Origin: Octopus vulgaris
Taxonomy: Eukaryota
DNA length: 64,000 nt
Direction: 5' to 3'
Assembly (NCBI GenBank): GCA_951406725.2
Contig: OX597817.1
Coordinates: 145,080,001-145,144,000 of the forward strand
Of the stretch, positions 1 to 11,583 are shown piece after piece. The position numbers and the translations under genes were made by a program. How positions within the stretch are numbered: position 1 is the first letter of the stretch; every line of letters starts with the position of its first letter. Below the pieces are notes generated by a model. It worked only from the letters and a program-made list of their open reading frames with translations. It did not search any database and was not told the DNA's origin.

Positions 1-195
1 CACAAGGCTTAGCGGTTAGGGTATTTGGCTCATGGTCGTAAGGTCATGAGTTCAATTCCTGGTAGCGTGAGCAGGGCACTTTATTTCACTTTGCTCCACT
101 CCACTCAGCCGGCAAAAATGAGTTGTTCCTGTAATTCAAAGGGCCAGCTTTATTATATTCTGTGTCGTGCTGAATCTCCCTGAGAACTACATTAA

Positions 196-413
196 CCCTT
201 TTGTTACCATATTTTTGTTGAGATGCTCTGTGTTTCTTTCAATTTTAAATATAACAAAGAATTTAGTAAAGTAAGTTAGTTATCATTAAGCTAGTGTTAG
301 GAACATAAATTGTGACTAAGGTTTGGTGGAAGATTTTAATTCAAAACTTATGAAAACAAGACATTTGTACTACAGAGCCAGAGGTGGTTTCAGCTGGATT
401 GGTATCGAAAGGG
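196..413. mobile_element. piggyBac-like MITE family M1, copy 1
   Basis: TTAA at 192-195; ends CCCTTTTGTTACC / GGTATCGAAAGGG; four homologous copies in the window. Confidence 0.8.
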
Positions 414-433
414 TTGAATTAATCATTTGTTAA

Positions 434-655
434 CCCTTTTGTTACCATATTTCTGTTGAGATGCTCTGTGTTTCTTTCAATTAATTTTAAATATAACAAA
501 GAATTTAGTAAAATAACTTAGCTATCATTAAACTAGTGTTAGGAACATAAACTGTGACTAAGATTTGGTGGAAGATTTCAATTCAAAACTTTTGAAAACA
601 AGACATTTGTACCACAGAGCCAGAAGTGGTTTCAGTCAGGTTGGTATTGAAAGGG
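434..655. mobile_element. piggyBac-like MITE family M1, copy 2
   Basis: TTAA at 430-433 and 656-659; CCC...GGG termini; near-identical to 196-413. Confidence 0.85.
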
Positions 656-721
656 TTAAGAACAAGTGTGTCTGTGGAGTGCTCAGCCACTTGCACATTA
701 ATTCCACAAGCAGGCAGTTTT

Positions 722-1000
722 TTAAAGTCTGGTACTTATACTTGTCTCTTTTACTGGACTACTAAGTTACTGAGACATAGACAAACCAACATCTGTTTTC
801 AAGTGGTGGGGTAGATGCAGACCCTAATGCAAAAACATACACACACAATAGGTTTCTTTCACTTTCCATCTACCAGTTTTGCTCACAAGGCTTTGGTTGT
901 CTAAGGGCTATAGCAGAAGACACTGGCCCAAGGTGCCACACAGTAGCACTGAACCTAAAACCATGTGGTTATGAAGCAAACCTCTTACCATACAGCTATA
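722..1000 (-). mobile_element. SINE family A, degenerate
   Basis: Reverse complement matches the family A head and body (CACAAGGCTTTGG, CCCAAGGTGCCAC, CCATGTGGTT). Confidence 0.7.
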
Positions 1001-1929
1001 CAACAAATAAGTGAATCCCTTTCTTCACACACTGTATTTGCCCTCCTGAAAATTCTCCTTGTTACCACCATCTGATAAATTCAACTCTTCAACAAAATGC
1101 TTGTTTTTAAATGTCTGAAAAGCATATAAAACATAGGTCTGTTATGAAAACATCCTGAACTGTAATATGATAACCTAGTCTCTTCTAACAGCATTGAAAT
1201 TACACATATCCGTACCACTATACATCTCAAGAAAACAAGCTCAAAATGCCATACTCTCCATCTGCAACAGCAACACACAGCTGAAGACTTCAACTCCAGA
1301 TACTGTTATCTCCCAATCGTTAATGACATCTTATTCTGGCCTCACACATATGCAAAGATTTGTAGGATCCCTCTTCAAGGGCCACAAAAATAATTCAGTC
1401 CTGGTTACTGTTGCGCCCCGGCAGAGTATAACACAACTCCTGTCAGAACACTGATCAAATATCTTTGACAGCACAGCTGCCTTACATACAAAAACATACT
1501 GGACCACACCTGATAAAGTTAATTTTACCAATTGACAAACACACACCAACATGCTACACCTATTGACTTCATATTATTATGTCTAACACATTGAACTGGC
1601 AGCTTCATTAGCATGCCCAACCCGTTACTTAGTAACATTTCTTCCAGCTTTATGTTCTGAGTTCAAATTCTGCTGAGATTGGCTTTGCCTTTTATCTCTT
1701 CAAGATCAATAAAAATAGGCACCAGTTAAGGACTAGGGTCAGTATAATCAACTTAACCCCTGTCCTAAACTTGCTGGCCTTGTGCCAAAATTTGAAAATT
1801 TTAAACTGGAACATTTACCATGAAATGAAGAATGGTAGATTCAGAAAATTCAATATGTCTTGTATTTTGTTACAACTCATTTTCAGCTGTAAATCCAGTT
1901 GAGTTAATTTTGATTTTTATTCTTCAATA

Positions 1930-2380
1930 ACTTGTAGTATGAGGGTGAGAGCTGAACTCATACAGCTGATATGGATTGAAGAATTCAGGCATTTGAGCAC
2001 ACAAATTTGATGCTACACATCAAAAGAGCATAAAAATAAAAAGAACGGCTTAGTCATGCAAGTTGACAAATATGCTGGTAGACAGGAACTACTCCGTGCA
2101 CAGGTAAAAAGATGAAAGATTCCTGGTACGGTCATGTATCCTGCTACAACTTGCTGTCCAAAACCATTCTTCAGGGCACAGATAAGGGAGGGCAAAAGAG
2201 AAGACGGAGAGAATCCTGGTTTCACATCATCAAGGACTGGACAGGTCACAACACAGCAAACTTTCTATGAATGAGAGAGAACAGAAATCAATGGTAATGC
2301 TAAATATGAAAGTGCCTGGCATTGCACCCCAGAGTCCGGCTCCATCAGTTCAGGAATCTTGATGACAATGATGATGTCAT
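1930..2380 (+). mobile_element. Decayed RTE-clade LINE, ORF2 C-terminus and tail
   Basis: Broken translation ...RIQAFEH...QVDKYAGRQELL...WYGHV...SKTILQGTDKGGQKRRRRESWFHIIKDWTG matches RTE ORF2 C-terminal motifs. It contains stops and frameshifts and ends in a GATGACAATGATGATG tail. Confidence 0.75.
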
Positions 2381-2461
2381 TTATTTACCACGAAAAGAAG
2401 AAAAATGAAGTTGGCATCAATGATATTTGAACTCAGTGCAGAGCTATCCAGAGCAAATACC

Positions 2462-2692
2462 TATTTCTTTACTACCCACAAGGGGCTAAACACAGAGGGG
2501 ACAAACAAGGACAGACAAGCGGATTAAGTCGATTATATCGACCCCAGTGCGTAACTGGTACTTATTTAATCGACCCCGAAAGGATGAAAGGCAAAGTCGA
2601 CCTCAGCGGAATTTGAACTCAGAACATAGTGGCAGACGAAATACTGCTAAGCATTTCGCCTGGCGTGCTAACGTTTCTGCCAGCTCGCCGCC
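2462..2692 (-). mobile_element. SINE family B, young copy with 17-bp TSD
   Basis: Head GGCGGCGAGCTGGCAGAAACGTTAGC on the minus strand; TATCCAGAGCAAATACC duplicated at 2445-2461 and 2695-2711. Confidence 0.9.
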
Positions 2693-3095
2693 TTTATCCA
2701 GAGCAAATACCACAAGTGATTCTAGCTGATGCTGTTATGATTCTTCCAGTTTGTTTTACTGTACCATCAAGCCATACAAATATTCTGCACATTACTAAAA
2801 TTACAGAAATTGATAACACGGATGTATATGAATTTATGCAAACACCTACACGTGCATAGACAGTTACATATATAAACAAACATACATGCATATACAACTA
2901 TACGCATGCATACACATGCATACTGCAGATATTCAGAAAACATTCATGAGCTAGCTAAATATAAACAGGTGTTGAGATAAAAAGAAGTTTTAACACATTA
3001 AAAATTCTTAGTGATACAAATAATACAAACTTCCTGCATTCGGAACACAAGACAGTTTTACCATCATTTCTATTAATATGCGTGGGTGGTGGTTT

Positions 3096-3150
<55 letters not shown>

Positions 3151-3179
3151 GTATTTTTATGTATGTATGTATATATATA

Positions 3180-3227
<48 letters not shown>

Positions 3228-3244
3228 CATGTGTATATATATAC

Positions 3245-3292
<48 letters not shown>
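3096..3292. repeat. Compound (TA)n/(TG)n microsatellite
   Basis: Direct inspection. Confidence 0.95.
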
Positions 3293-3294
<2 letters not shown>

Positions 3295-3639
3295 CCCTGC
3301 TTGAAACCCACTAGAATAAACTTTTGAATTTGGGATAGTAGTGTGTGGGGGTAACGGGGGAGATGCAGTGCTCTTTCTATGTTATTTTGGAGATTTTCTC
3401 GGGGGGGGGTGGGGGCTTTTTTTTCATTATTTTTTTTTTTCCCTCTACACAATCTTTCATTTCTGCTGTGATATTTCATCAAATCACTGCTAATCAAATA
3501 TACCTGTCTCATTTTCTCACATCTATATATAGTACTGAAAAAAATTGATGGAAGATTGTAATAAAAAGTAAACCATTAAAAGTAGCTGGAGTGGAATGAA
3601 GCAGACTAAATAGAAATGCTCAATTCCTTTGCTACATAC

Positions 3640-3693
3640 ACACTCACATATATATTACATACATGTATATATGTATCTACATATATATATATG

Positions 3694-3730
<37 letters not shown>

Positions 3731-3805
3731 CTACTATACATATATGTAAAAATACATATGTATAGATATATATTTCTACCATATATTTATATATGTATAT
3801 ATTTC

Positions 3806-3892
<87 letters not shown>
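3640..3892. repeat. (TA)n/(GA)n microsatellite block
   Basis: Direct inspection. Confidence 0.95.
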
Positions 3893-3895
<3 letters not shown>

Positions 3896-4359
3896 CTACT
3901 ATATGCTTCTACTTCATTTCATTTCATTCTTTTTCTTTACTAATGATTTCTTATTTAGACCTAAGGTCACAAATAGTTGGCAGAGGGAAAATTGAAATAA
4001 AGTGAGAGTCAGTTTTTTTAATTACTTTTTTGTGTATGTGTTTTCTTCTTTTTTTTGGCAAGAGCATTAGTGACTATAAGTGAAGTGAAATGACCTCAGC
4101 TGACATTCAAAACCAGCTTCACTGACTTACATTACAGTATCATCATTTTGATTTTTTTCCTCCTTTTTTTTAGTGAGGTGTGTGGTGGGGGTGGGGAGTA
4201 AAGCCCTTTAATTTTAGGAAAGAGAAAATGAAAAAAAATATGAATGATGTCTTTGCCAAGGGCATAAATTGCAGTGAAATGGCTTTCAGCTCAGAATTAA
4301 AACTTGTAGAGTTGAACTGCCAGGAGCTACAAAATTTATCATCTTAAAGCAAAAATGGA

Positions 4360-4980
4360 ACTTCTATGTAGTAACTCGACTTCCTAGAAATAGCAGCCTA
4401 ATTGTCCTTAAATTATGCATAGAAAGGGAAAAAGATGTGTATCTGGGACCTTGTAAAAAGCATCAGCTATAAAAGAAGTATATGAGAGATGGCTGAGTGA
4501 TAAGAAACTCACTTTGCAGCCCTTTAGTTTCAGGTTCAGTCTCAATGTGCAGCACCTCAGATAAATATCTTCTAGTATAGCCCTAGGCCAATTAGTACCT
4601 TGTGTGAATGAATTTAGATGTGTGCGTGTGTGTATTTTTTTGTTTGTCCCCTACCACTGCTTGACAGCCATTGTTGGTTTGTTTACATCCCTGTGAGTTA
4701 GCTGTTCAGCAAAAGAGACTGATAGAATAAGTACCAGACTTAAAAATTTGCCTGGGGATTGATTTGTTCAGCAAAACCCTTCAAGGTGGTGCCCCAGAAT
4801 GGCCATAGTTCAGTGACTGAAGCAAGTAAAAGAAAAAATAGAATACAAAGAGAGCATCAAATAAAACCAAAATATCAGATACATTAAAAAATGACAGGGT
4901 GGCCACCACTGGAACGTCTTTCATTAAGAACTACTCAATCATGGCTGATCTAAGGTTAAACAACAACAACAACAACAACA
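4360..4980 (+). mobile_element. Old SINE-like family D ((CAA)n tail) with nested SINE A (4487-4845)
   Basis: CTAGAAATAGCAGCC...GG(A)TGGCC...TAAACAACAACAAC. Homologous segments lie at 5240-5850, 8600-9625, 13730-13900(-), 26230-26400(-), 32030-33230, 47535-47985, 51580-51860(-) and 61265-61465. Confidence 0.6.
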
Positions 4981-5371
4981 CTTGCCACCTTTGCTATTTC
5001 AGTATTAACTAATGATAATAATTAATGTAGAGGGGTTGGTCAGGACAGTAATGATAATTTTTAATTAAATTAGACAGGAAATTAATTAAGTAGTGGGGGT
5101 GGTAGGGGGTAAGCAGAGATATTTGATCTTGGTCTTTACATGTGTGTTAGGGTTACATTCTGTCTCCTTATGAAAATCAAGGTTGCTCTCTTACCTACTC
5201 AGTTATTGCATATCACAGCAACAACAACAATAATAATGAAGGAAGCCCCTATGCAGTCACTTGAACTTTAAGAAAGAGCAGTGAAATGTCCCACAATTTA
5301 TACCTTGCTGCCTTTTGAAGAAGAGGAATTGGATAATTGATCCTTATACACTTTGTATTATTGTTTTTTTT

Positions 5372-5758
5372 TTATTCTTTTACTTCAGTCATTTGACTGC
5401 AGCCATACTGGAGCACCGCCTTTAGTCGAAACAAATCAACCCCTGGACTTATTCTTTGTAAGCCTAGTACTTATTCTATCGGTCTCTTTTGCCAAACCGT
5501 TAAGTTATGGGGACCTAATCACACCAGCATCAGTTGTCAAGTGATGTTGGAGGGGATAAACACAGATACACAACATATACACACACATATATATATATAT
5601 ATATACGACAGGCTTCTTTCAGTTTCCATCTACCAAATCCACTCACAAGGCTTTGGTCGGCTCGAGGCTATAGTAAAAGACACTTGCCCAAGGTGCCACT
5701 GAACCTGGAACCATGTGGTTGGTAAGCAAGCTACTTACCACACAGCCACTCCTGCGCC
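5372..5758 (-). mobile_element. SINE family A, nested in family D
   Basis: On the minus strand: head GGCGCAGGAGTGGCTGTGTGGTAAG, central (TA)n/(TG)n, tail CAAATGACTGAA...AAAAGAAT. Confidence 0.9.
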
Positions 5759-5860
5759 TATGGACAAAGGGATTAGGATGATCATTGATGCAACACTTTC
5801 ATCATAGATCTGTTCTGTCAGAGCTGGCTTGGTGCTAAACAACAACATACATACACACTC

Positions 5861-5995
5861 ACACTTGTGTATCGTGACTCACACACTGTTCGCTTTCCTG
5901 ACTTTTGTACATAATTCTATGCACTGTACATGCACCTTTGATGAGTTGTAGTGCACCTGAACACTATACTCAGTAATTTCATTATTATCATTATT
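5861..5995 (+). mobile_element. CR1-like LINE 3' UTR fragment
   Basis: Homologous to the 3' UTR of the CR1-like element at 55105-55520 (CCTGACTTTTGTACATAATTCT...ACATGCACCTTTGAT); ends in (ATT)n. Confidence 0.7.
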
Positions 5996-6221
5996 AAAAG
6001 CGATAATAATGATAATTTTAACACTGGGGAGAATTCAGCCCTGGTTCTGTAGTGTGTGTGTGTGTGTCTCAGTTAACAGCAGCTTTTCTCCGAGGATTTC
6101 CTGATGAAAGAATTCTAACCCTGGAATATTGAAACACCAGGTTAGAGTACAAAACCATTGACCTGTATTAATAATTGCTACTACAACTTGCCTGTTTTGG
6201 CTTTAAAACAAAATAATTAAG

Positions 6222-6255
<34 letters not shown>

Positions 6256-6279
6256 AATCAAGGAACGGCCATAATAGGC

Positions 6280-6485
6280 CATCAATGATCATCCTAATCC
6301 CTTTGTCCATAGGCGCAGGAGTGGCTGTGTGGTAAGTAGCTTGCTTACCAACCACATGGTTCCAGGTTCGGTGGCACCTTGGGCAAGTGTCTTTTACTAT
6401 AGCCTCGAGCCGACCAAAGCCTTGTGAGTGGATTTGGTAGATGGAAACTGAAAGAAGCCTGTCGTATATATATATATATATATAT
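6280..6485 (+). repeat. Inverted duplicate of 5587-5790 (SINE A head plus unique flank)
   Basis: Reverse complement of 5587-5790, including the non-SINE flank TGGACAAAGGGATTAGGATGATCATTGATG and the same private deletion. Confidence 0.92.
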
Positions 6486-6544
6486 GGCCGTTCCTTGATT
6501 GTGATGTTGAACTTAAAAATGGTTTATGACTATTTAATTTTTTC

Positions 6545-6605
6545 CCACTAGGCCGCTGGTGGCAAAAGAATTCTACAAAATTTTTTTTTTGCCACCCTAT
6601 ATTGA

Positions 6606-6648
<43 letters not shown>

Positions 6649-6800
6649 TATAGATATATATAGAGCACAATTTATTCATGATCAGAGGCGTTCGTAAACT
6701 GAGGTACTACTATATTAAATGAATATGAGAAAGACAGGAGATAAAATATGATTTATTCGTGATCAGAGTTGTACGAAAACCGAGGTTCTGCTGTATATAT
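6545..6800. mobile_element. Cluster of Tc1/mariner- and pogo/Tigger-like terminal fragments
   Basis: TTTTTTGCCACCCTATA end near 6600. Two direct repeats (6670-6715, 6751-6798) read TA(C/T)AG(T/C)AG(T/A)ACCTC(A/G)GTTT in reverse complement, resembling pogo-type TIRs next to TA. Confidence 0.45.
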
Positions 6801-7664
6801 ATATGAGTGTAACTGCCTAAAATGGTCGTGACTTCTTATATATATAAGAATTTTTTGCGCAATGAGATAAAAAACCAAGGCTGTGTAGATATTAGAACAT
6901 TTATAGCTATTTATTATTTATATCCCTTCATCGGAGACGGTGTGAGAGGATGGTTAAGTAATAGTTGATTTAGATAAAATACAAAATAGAGAATGAGGTG
7001 GAGAAAAGAAAATAGATGCAAGATATGTAGGGATATTGAAGTTGTAAATTCATTTTTTAGACATAATTTTATACATGCAATATTCCAATACCCTATGAGT
7101 AAAGTTCAAAAGTCCAACAGAGTTTTAAATGGGTCTTTCCAAATATAGAGTTTATATGCAAAGTTTATACCTTTGGGTCTCAATGACACCTTTATCTCTT
7201 ATATATATATATATACATATCAATCGGTCAATGCTTAATATATATACACACACACAAGACTTTCTGCACTCACAGGCAAAACTAAGGGTAGCATAAGACT
7301 GTGACTCAACCAAAATAAAAATATTAATATCTACTAATAATAGAATATCAATTACTCTGTGTGTGTGTGTGTCTGTGTGTGTGTGTGTGTGTGCCTTTTC
7401 AAGTCCGAGGAAGACCGTCACTGACAATTAAGAACATTGTGCACTGAGACAAGTTTACATTTTACACTTGAGGCTCTGCTGGTGACTAATGAGCCCAGCC
7501 CTTGATAAACATACACGTCCACAGATACTGCAGACTAGGCTTCCTCCAGTCACTATATTGGCTGTGTGTTTTTGGGCATTTTGCTAAAATTCTGCATGTA
7601 AAATGCATGTTTTCAAAAACACCCACTCTTTCCTTTACTTGTTTCCTCCACTGGTGATGATGAT

Positions 7665-7698
<34 letters not shown>

Positions 7699-8110
7699 AC
7701 ACATTACTTTTTCCCTTTGCCATAAATTATGTAGTCATGTCCCCCCGCCACCTTCTTTGTTTCTGAAGTTATTACTGTTGTGTGTCAGTACTCAAAGACC
7801 TGAGGTTCACTTCAGTTTGGCCTTTCCACATCTCTAGGGTGCACAAGTGAGGTCAGAGAAACGACAGTAAAAAACTTCATCTGCTCTTCTTCATTCTTTC
7901 TTTGTAAACTGAACATCAAGAGACTAGTGAAGAGTTGCAGTTACATTGGAGCTGTATGGTGTTTCTGCTATCTTTCATAAACTAAATCACTATTTTAACT
8001 ATCAAGGGAGCCTCTATGGCAGCATGCAGCCCTCAAACATCCTTCTGGCAGCCTTCAAACATCCTAAAGGTGGCCCTCGGTAGTCTTCCCTCTATAAATA
8101 TTATAATTTT

Positions 8111-8530
8111 TTCTTTACTCTTTTACTTGTTTCAGTCATTTGACTGCGGCCATGCTGGAGCACCGCCTTTTTTTAGTCGAGAAAATTGACCCCAGGACTA
8201 ATTCTTTGTAAGCCTAGTACTTATTCTATCGGTCACTTTTGCCAAACCGCTAAGTTACGGGACGTAAACACACCAGCATCGGTTGTCAAGAGATGTTGGG
8301 GGGGGGGGGCAAACACAAACACACAAACATATACACACACACACACACATATATATATACATATATACGATGGGCTTCTTTCAGTTTCCGTCTACCAAAT
8401 CCACTCACAAGGCATTGGTCGGCCCAAGGCTATAATAGAAGACACTTGCCCAAGGTGCCACGCAGTGGGACTGAACCCGGAACCATGTGGTTCGTAAGCA
8501 AGCTACTTACCACACAGCCACGCCTACGCC
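8111..8530 (-). mobile_element. SINE family A, full length
   Basis: Colinear with the other family A copies. Confidence 0.9.
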
Positions 8531-8829
8531 TTTTGTTTTATTTTTTTTTTTTGGTGTGGCCAGGTTTTGAATCTGGCCTAGATATTAAACAGGTTGAGAA
8601 CTACTGCTCTATGCACCCCTTCAATCTGCTAGAAATAGCATCATTAAATCTCTCTCAAACTGTACTCATACCATCCTCATCATCACAGTGTTGTCTCCTT
8701 TCCATTCTGATATGATTTGGATGGGTTGTCACAATTCAAATCAGTTTTTATTTGGATTCACTGCTTTCTTGGGAAGAGCAAAAAAGGCTCTTCCATCATT
8801 AGAATTTTAAAAAAAGGACTCTTCCATCT

Positions 8830-9510
8830 CTTTTATCTCTTTCACTTGTTCCGGTCATTTGATTGTGACCACACTGGGGCACTGCTTTAAAAGTCTAGCC
8901 AAACAAATTGATCTCTGTATGTCTTTTTTCTAACAAGGACATAAACAAACCACCACCAGTTGTGAAGTATTAGTGGGGAATAATTGCAAATACAAAGACA
9001 CACACACACATATATGAAGGGCTTTCACACAATTTCCATGTAGTTGTGATACCTGTGCTGGTGGCACGTAAAATGCACCATCCGAACATGGCCAATGCCA
9101 GTGGCACATAAAAAGCACCAACTGATTGTGACCGTTGCCAGCCTTGACTGGCTTCCATGCCAGTGGCACATAAAAAACACCAACCAATCGTGGCCATTGC
9201 CAGCCTTTCCTGGCCTCTGTGCCGGTGGCACGTAAAAAGCACCCACTACACTCATGGAGTGGTTGGCATTAGGAAGGGCATCCAGCTGTAGAAACCCTGC
9301 CAGATCAGATTGGAGCTTGGTGCAGCCTCCTGGCTTCCCAGACCCAGGTCGAACTGTCCAACCCATGCTAGCATGGAAAATGGACACTAAACGATGATGA
9401 TGATGATATCCACTCAAGACACTTATTTAGGGTTCTGCACAGTGGAACTAAACCTCAAACCACATGATTGCAAAGCAAACATCTTTACCATACAACCATG
9501 CCTGCACCTA
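8830..9510 (-). mobile_element. SINE family A interrupted by an RTE 3' end
   Basis: SINE tail half at 8830-9039 and head half at 9408-9510. Confidence 0.75.
9040..9407 (+). mobile_element. RTE LINE 3' UTR (5'-truncated)
   Basis: Matches 10887-11331; 67-bp hairpin units; ends (GAT)n. Confidence 0.88.
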
Positions 9511-10263
9511 AATTCACATTATACCATAGTAGTTTTAGATATATTAAAACAGCGAGCCATGGCTGGGACACCTTTCATCACAATTCTGCCCAATCAGGGA
9601 TGATTTGAGCTAACCAGCCACAACAACAGCAAGAGTCAAAATAGCTTTATATTTCCCTGTAATTAAGATAAAATACAAACCTCCATGCTCTCCTTTCATG
9701 TTTTATATTTTATCTCTTACCAAGCCATTATAAACACGAAATTTATAAATCATTATGTTTTTGTTTCAATCAAACATTAAATGTTGATAGGTTTGTTCTG
9801 TTTGACTTGTTGTAATCAGTGGTAAACTCTATTGACCTTAGAAGAGGGAGAAATAATAAAAAAATCCAGTAGTTGTTATATTTTACACTAAGCTAAAAGT
9901 AAGAAGCAAAACTGTTACAAACACTGGCTCGCTAAGCATTAAATTTTACTCTGTAATTAGTAATTTTAATTAACCTTTGTACACTTTAACATTTGGCCTT
10001 AGTCCTAAACTGCGTAATTCAGTCCTTTCTGTTACATGTCATGATTTGAAATGCTTATTACAAAGAAACTAAGTAATTAACAGCTTCGATGAAAGGGTTT
10101 AGAAAAATCCTGATATAGGCGCAGGAGTGGCTGTGTGGTAAGTAGCTTGCTTATCAACCACATGGTTCCAGGTTCAGTTCCACTGCGAGGCACCTTGGGC
10201 TAAGTATTTTCTACTATAGCCTCGGGCTGACTAAAGCCTTGTGAGTGGATTTGGAAGACAGAA

Positions 10264-11331
10264 ATAGCCTGGGCAAAGTTTAGAAAGCTCCTACCCCTAC
10301 TGGCAACAAAGGGTCTCTCACTCAGAGTGAAAGGTAGATTGTATGATGCATGTGTGCGAACTGCCATGCTTCATGGTAGTGAAACATGGGCCGTGACTGC
10401 AGAGGACATGCGTAGACTTGAAAGAAATGAAGCTAGCATGATCCTCTGGATGTGTAATGTCAGTGTGCACGCACGACAGAGTGTAAGCACCCTGAGAGAA
10501 ATGCTGGACATAAGAAGCATCAGATGTGGTGTGCAAGAGCGACGCTTGCGATGGTATGGTCATGTACTGCAGATGGATGAGGAGAGATGTGTGAAGAAGT
10601 GCCACTCCCAAACAGTTGAAGGAATCAGGGGGAGAGGTAGACCCAGGAAGACATGGGATGAGGTAGTCAAGCATGACCTCAGAGCGTTGGGCCTCACTGA
10701 GGCAATGGCGAAGGACCGAGATCTCTGGAGATATGCTGTGACTGCAAAGACCCAGGCTGCTTCCTGCACCAGTTCCGCATAGCCCCTGCCCATTCAAAGT
10801 ACCTTAGATTCCAGAACATCCTGCTGTGCTTGAGGAGACCTGTTGAGTCAAGTACATGAACATCGAAATAAATATCAATGGAAATAGCAGTTGTGATACC
10901 TGTGCCGGTGGCACATAAAAAGCACCATCCGAACGTGGCCATTGCCAGCGCCGCCTCGACTGGCTTCTGTGCCGGTGGCACATAAAAAGCAACATCCGAA
11001 CGTGGCCGATGCCAGCGCCGCCTCGACTGGCTTCTGTGCCGGTGGCACATAAAAAGCACCATCCGAACGTGGCCGATGCCAGCGCCGCCTTGGCTGGCTT
11101 CCGTGCCGGTGGCACGTTAAAGCACCAACCGATCGTGGCCGATGCCAGACTCCCGTGGCACGTAAAAAGCACCCACTACACTCGTGGAGTGGTTGGCGTT
11201 GGGAAGGGCATCCAGCTGTGGAAACACTGCCAGATCAGACTGGAGCCTGGTGCATCCCCTGGCTTCCCAGACCCCGGTCGAACCGTCCAACCTGTGCTAG
11301 TGCGGAAAACGGACATTAAACGATGGTGATG
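10264..11331 (+). mobile_element. 5'-truncated RTE-clade LINE (ORF2 C-terminus, 3' UTR minisatellite, GAT tail)
   Basis: Open frame 10264-10782: IAWAKFRKLLPLL...LYDACVRTAMLHGSETW...RRLRWYGHVLQM...GRGRPRKTW, typical of the RTE ORF2 C-terminus; tail CGATGGTGATG. Confidence 0.93.
10901..11170 (+). repeat. 67-bp tandem repeat in the RTE 3' UTR (about 4 units)
   Basis: Units start at 10901, 10968, 11035 and 11102; each has GTGCC-ggt-GGCAC and GCCAG...CTGGC stems. Confidence 0.9.
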
Positions 11332-11371
11332 TAACTGAAAGAAGCCTATTGTATATATATATAAGTATATA

Positions 11372-11583
11372 GGTGGTAAGTTGGCAGAATCATTAGCACA
11401 CTGGGCAAAATGCTTAGCGGTATTTCGTCTGCCGTTACATTCTAAGTTCAAATTCCGCCGAGGTTGACTTTGCCTTTCATCCTTTCAGGGTCGATTAAAT
11501 AAGTACCAATTACGCACTGGGTTCGATGTAATTAACTTAATCCATTTGTCTGTCCCCTCTATGTTTAGCCCCCTGTAGGCAAT
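11372..11583 (+). mobile_element. SINE family B nested in the (TA)n tract of SINE A
   Basis: GGTGGTAAGTTGGCAGAATC...GTTCAAATTCCGCCGAGG...TTTAGCCCC. Confidence 0.88.

Larger units (their letters stand above)
5..720 (+). mobile_element. tRNA-derived SINE family C, interrupted by two TTAA MITEs
   Basis: The head has A/B-box-like TTAGCGGTTAGG and GAGTTCAATTCC. The body matches copies at 15000-15310 and 40478-40790. It breaks at GAGAACTACA^TTAA (192) and resumes at about 660 (GTGTGTCTGTGGAGTGCTCAGCCACTTGC). Confidence 0.75.

Noticed and set aside
1194-1454. 86-aa ORF in non-microsatellite sequence
   Set aside because: TTG start, no splice signals or recognisable motif; possibly decayed TE but unsupported.
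3078-3943. YI/CV/RE-rich ORFs (also 22940-24215, 34939-36537, 50143-51218, 59757-59959)
   Set aside because: Translations of dinucleotide and trinucleotide microsatellites; no coding signal.
8186-8715. Recurrent ORFs such as LSVSVYQIHSQG...EDTCPRCH and SFSFRLPNPLTRLW
   Set aside because: Translations of SINE A antisense sequence repeated throughout the window.
10118-10200. tRNA gene calls at SINE heads (families A, B, C)
   Set aside because: A/B-box-like motifs continue into SINE bodies in many copies; no complete cloverleaf verified.
10327-10782. 151-aa ORF as a host gene
   Set aside because: It is the 5'-truncated RTE ORF2 C-terminus with no true start, inserted in a SINE.
10901-11170. 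CRISPR-like appearance of regularly spaced palindromic repeats
   Set aside because: The intervening sequences are themselves repeated, the array lies in a LINE 3' UTR, there are no cas genes and the context is eukaryotic.
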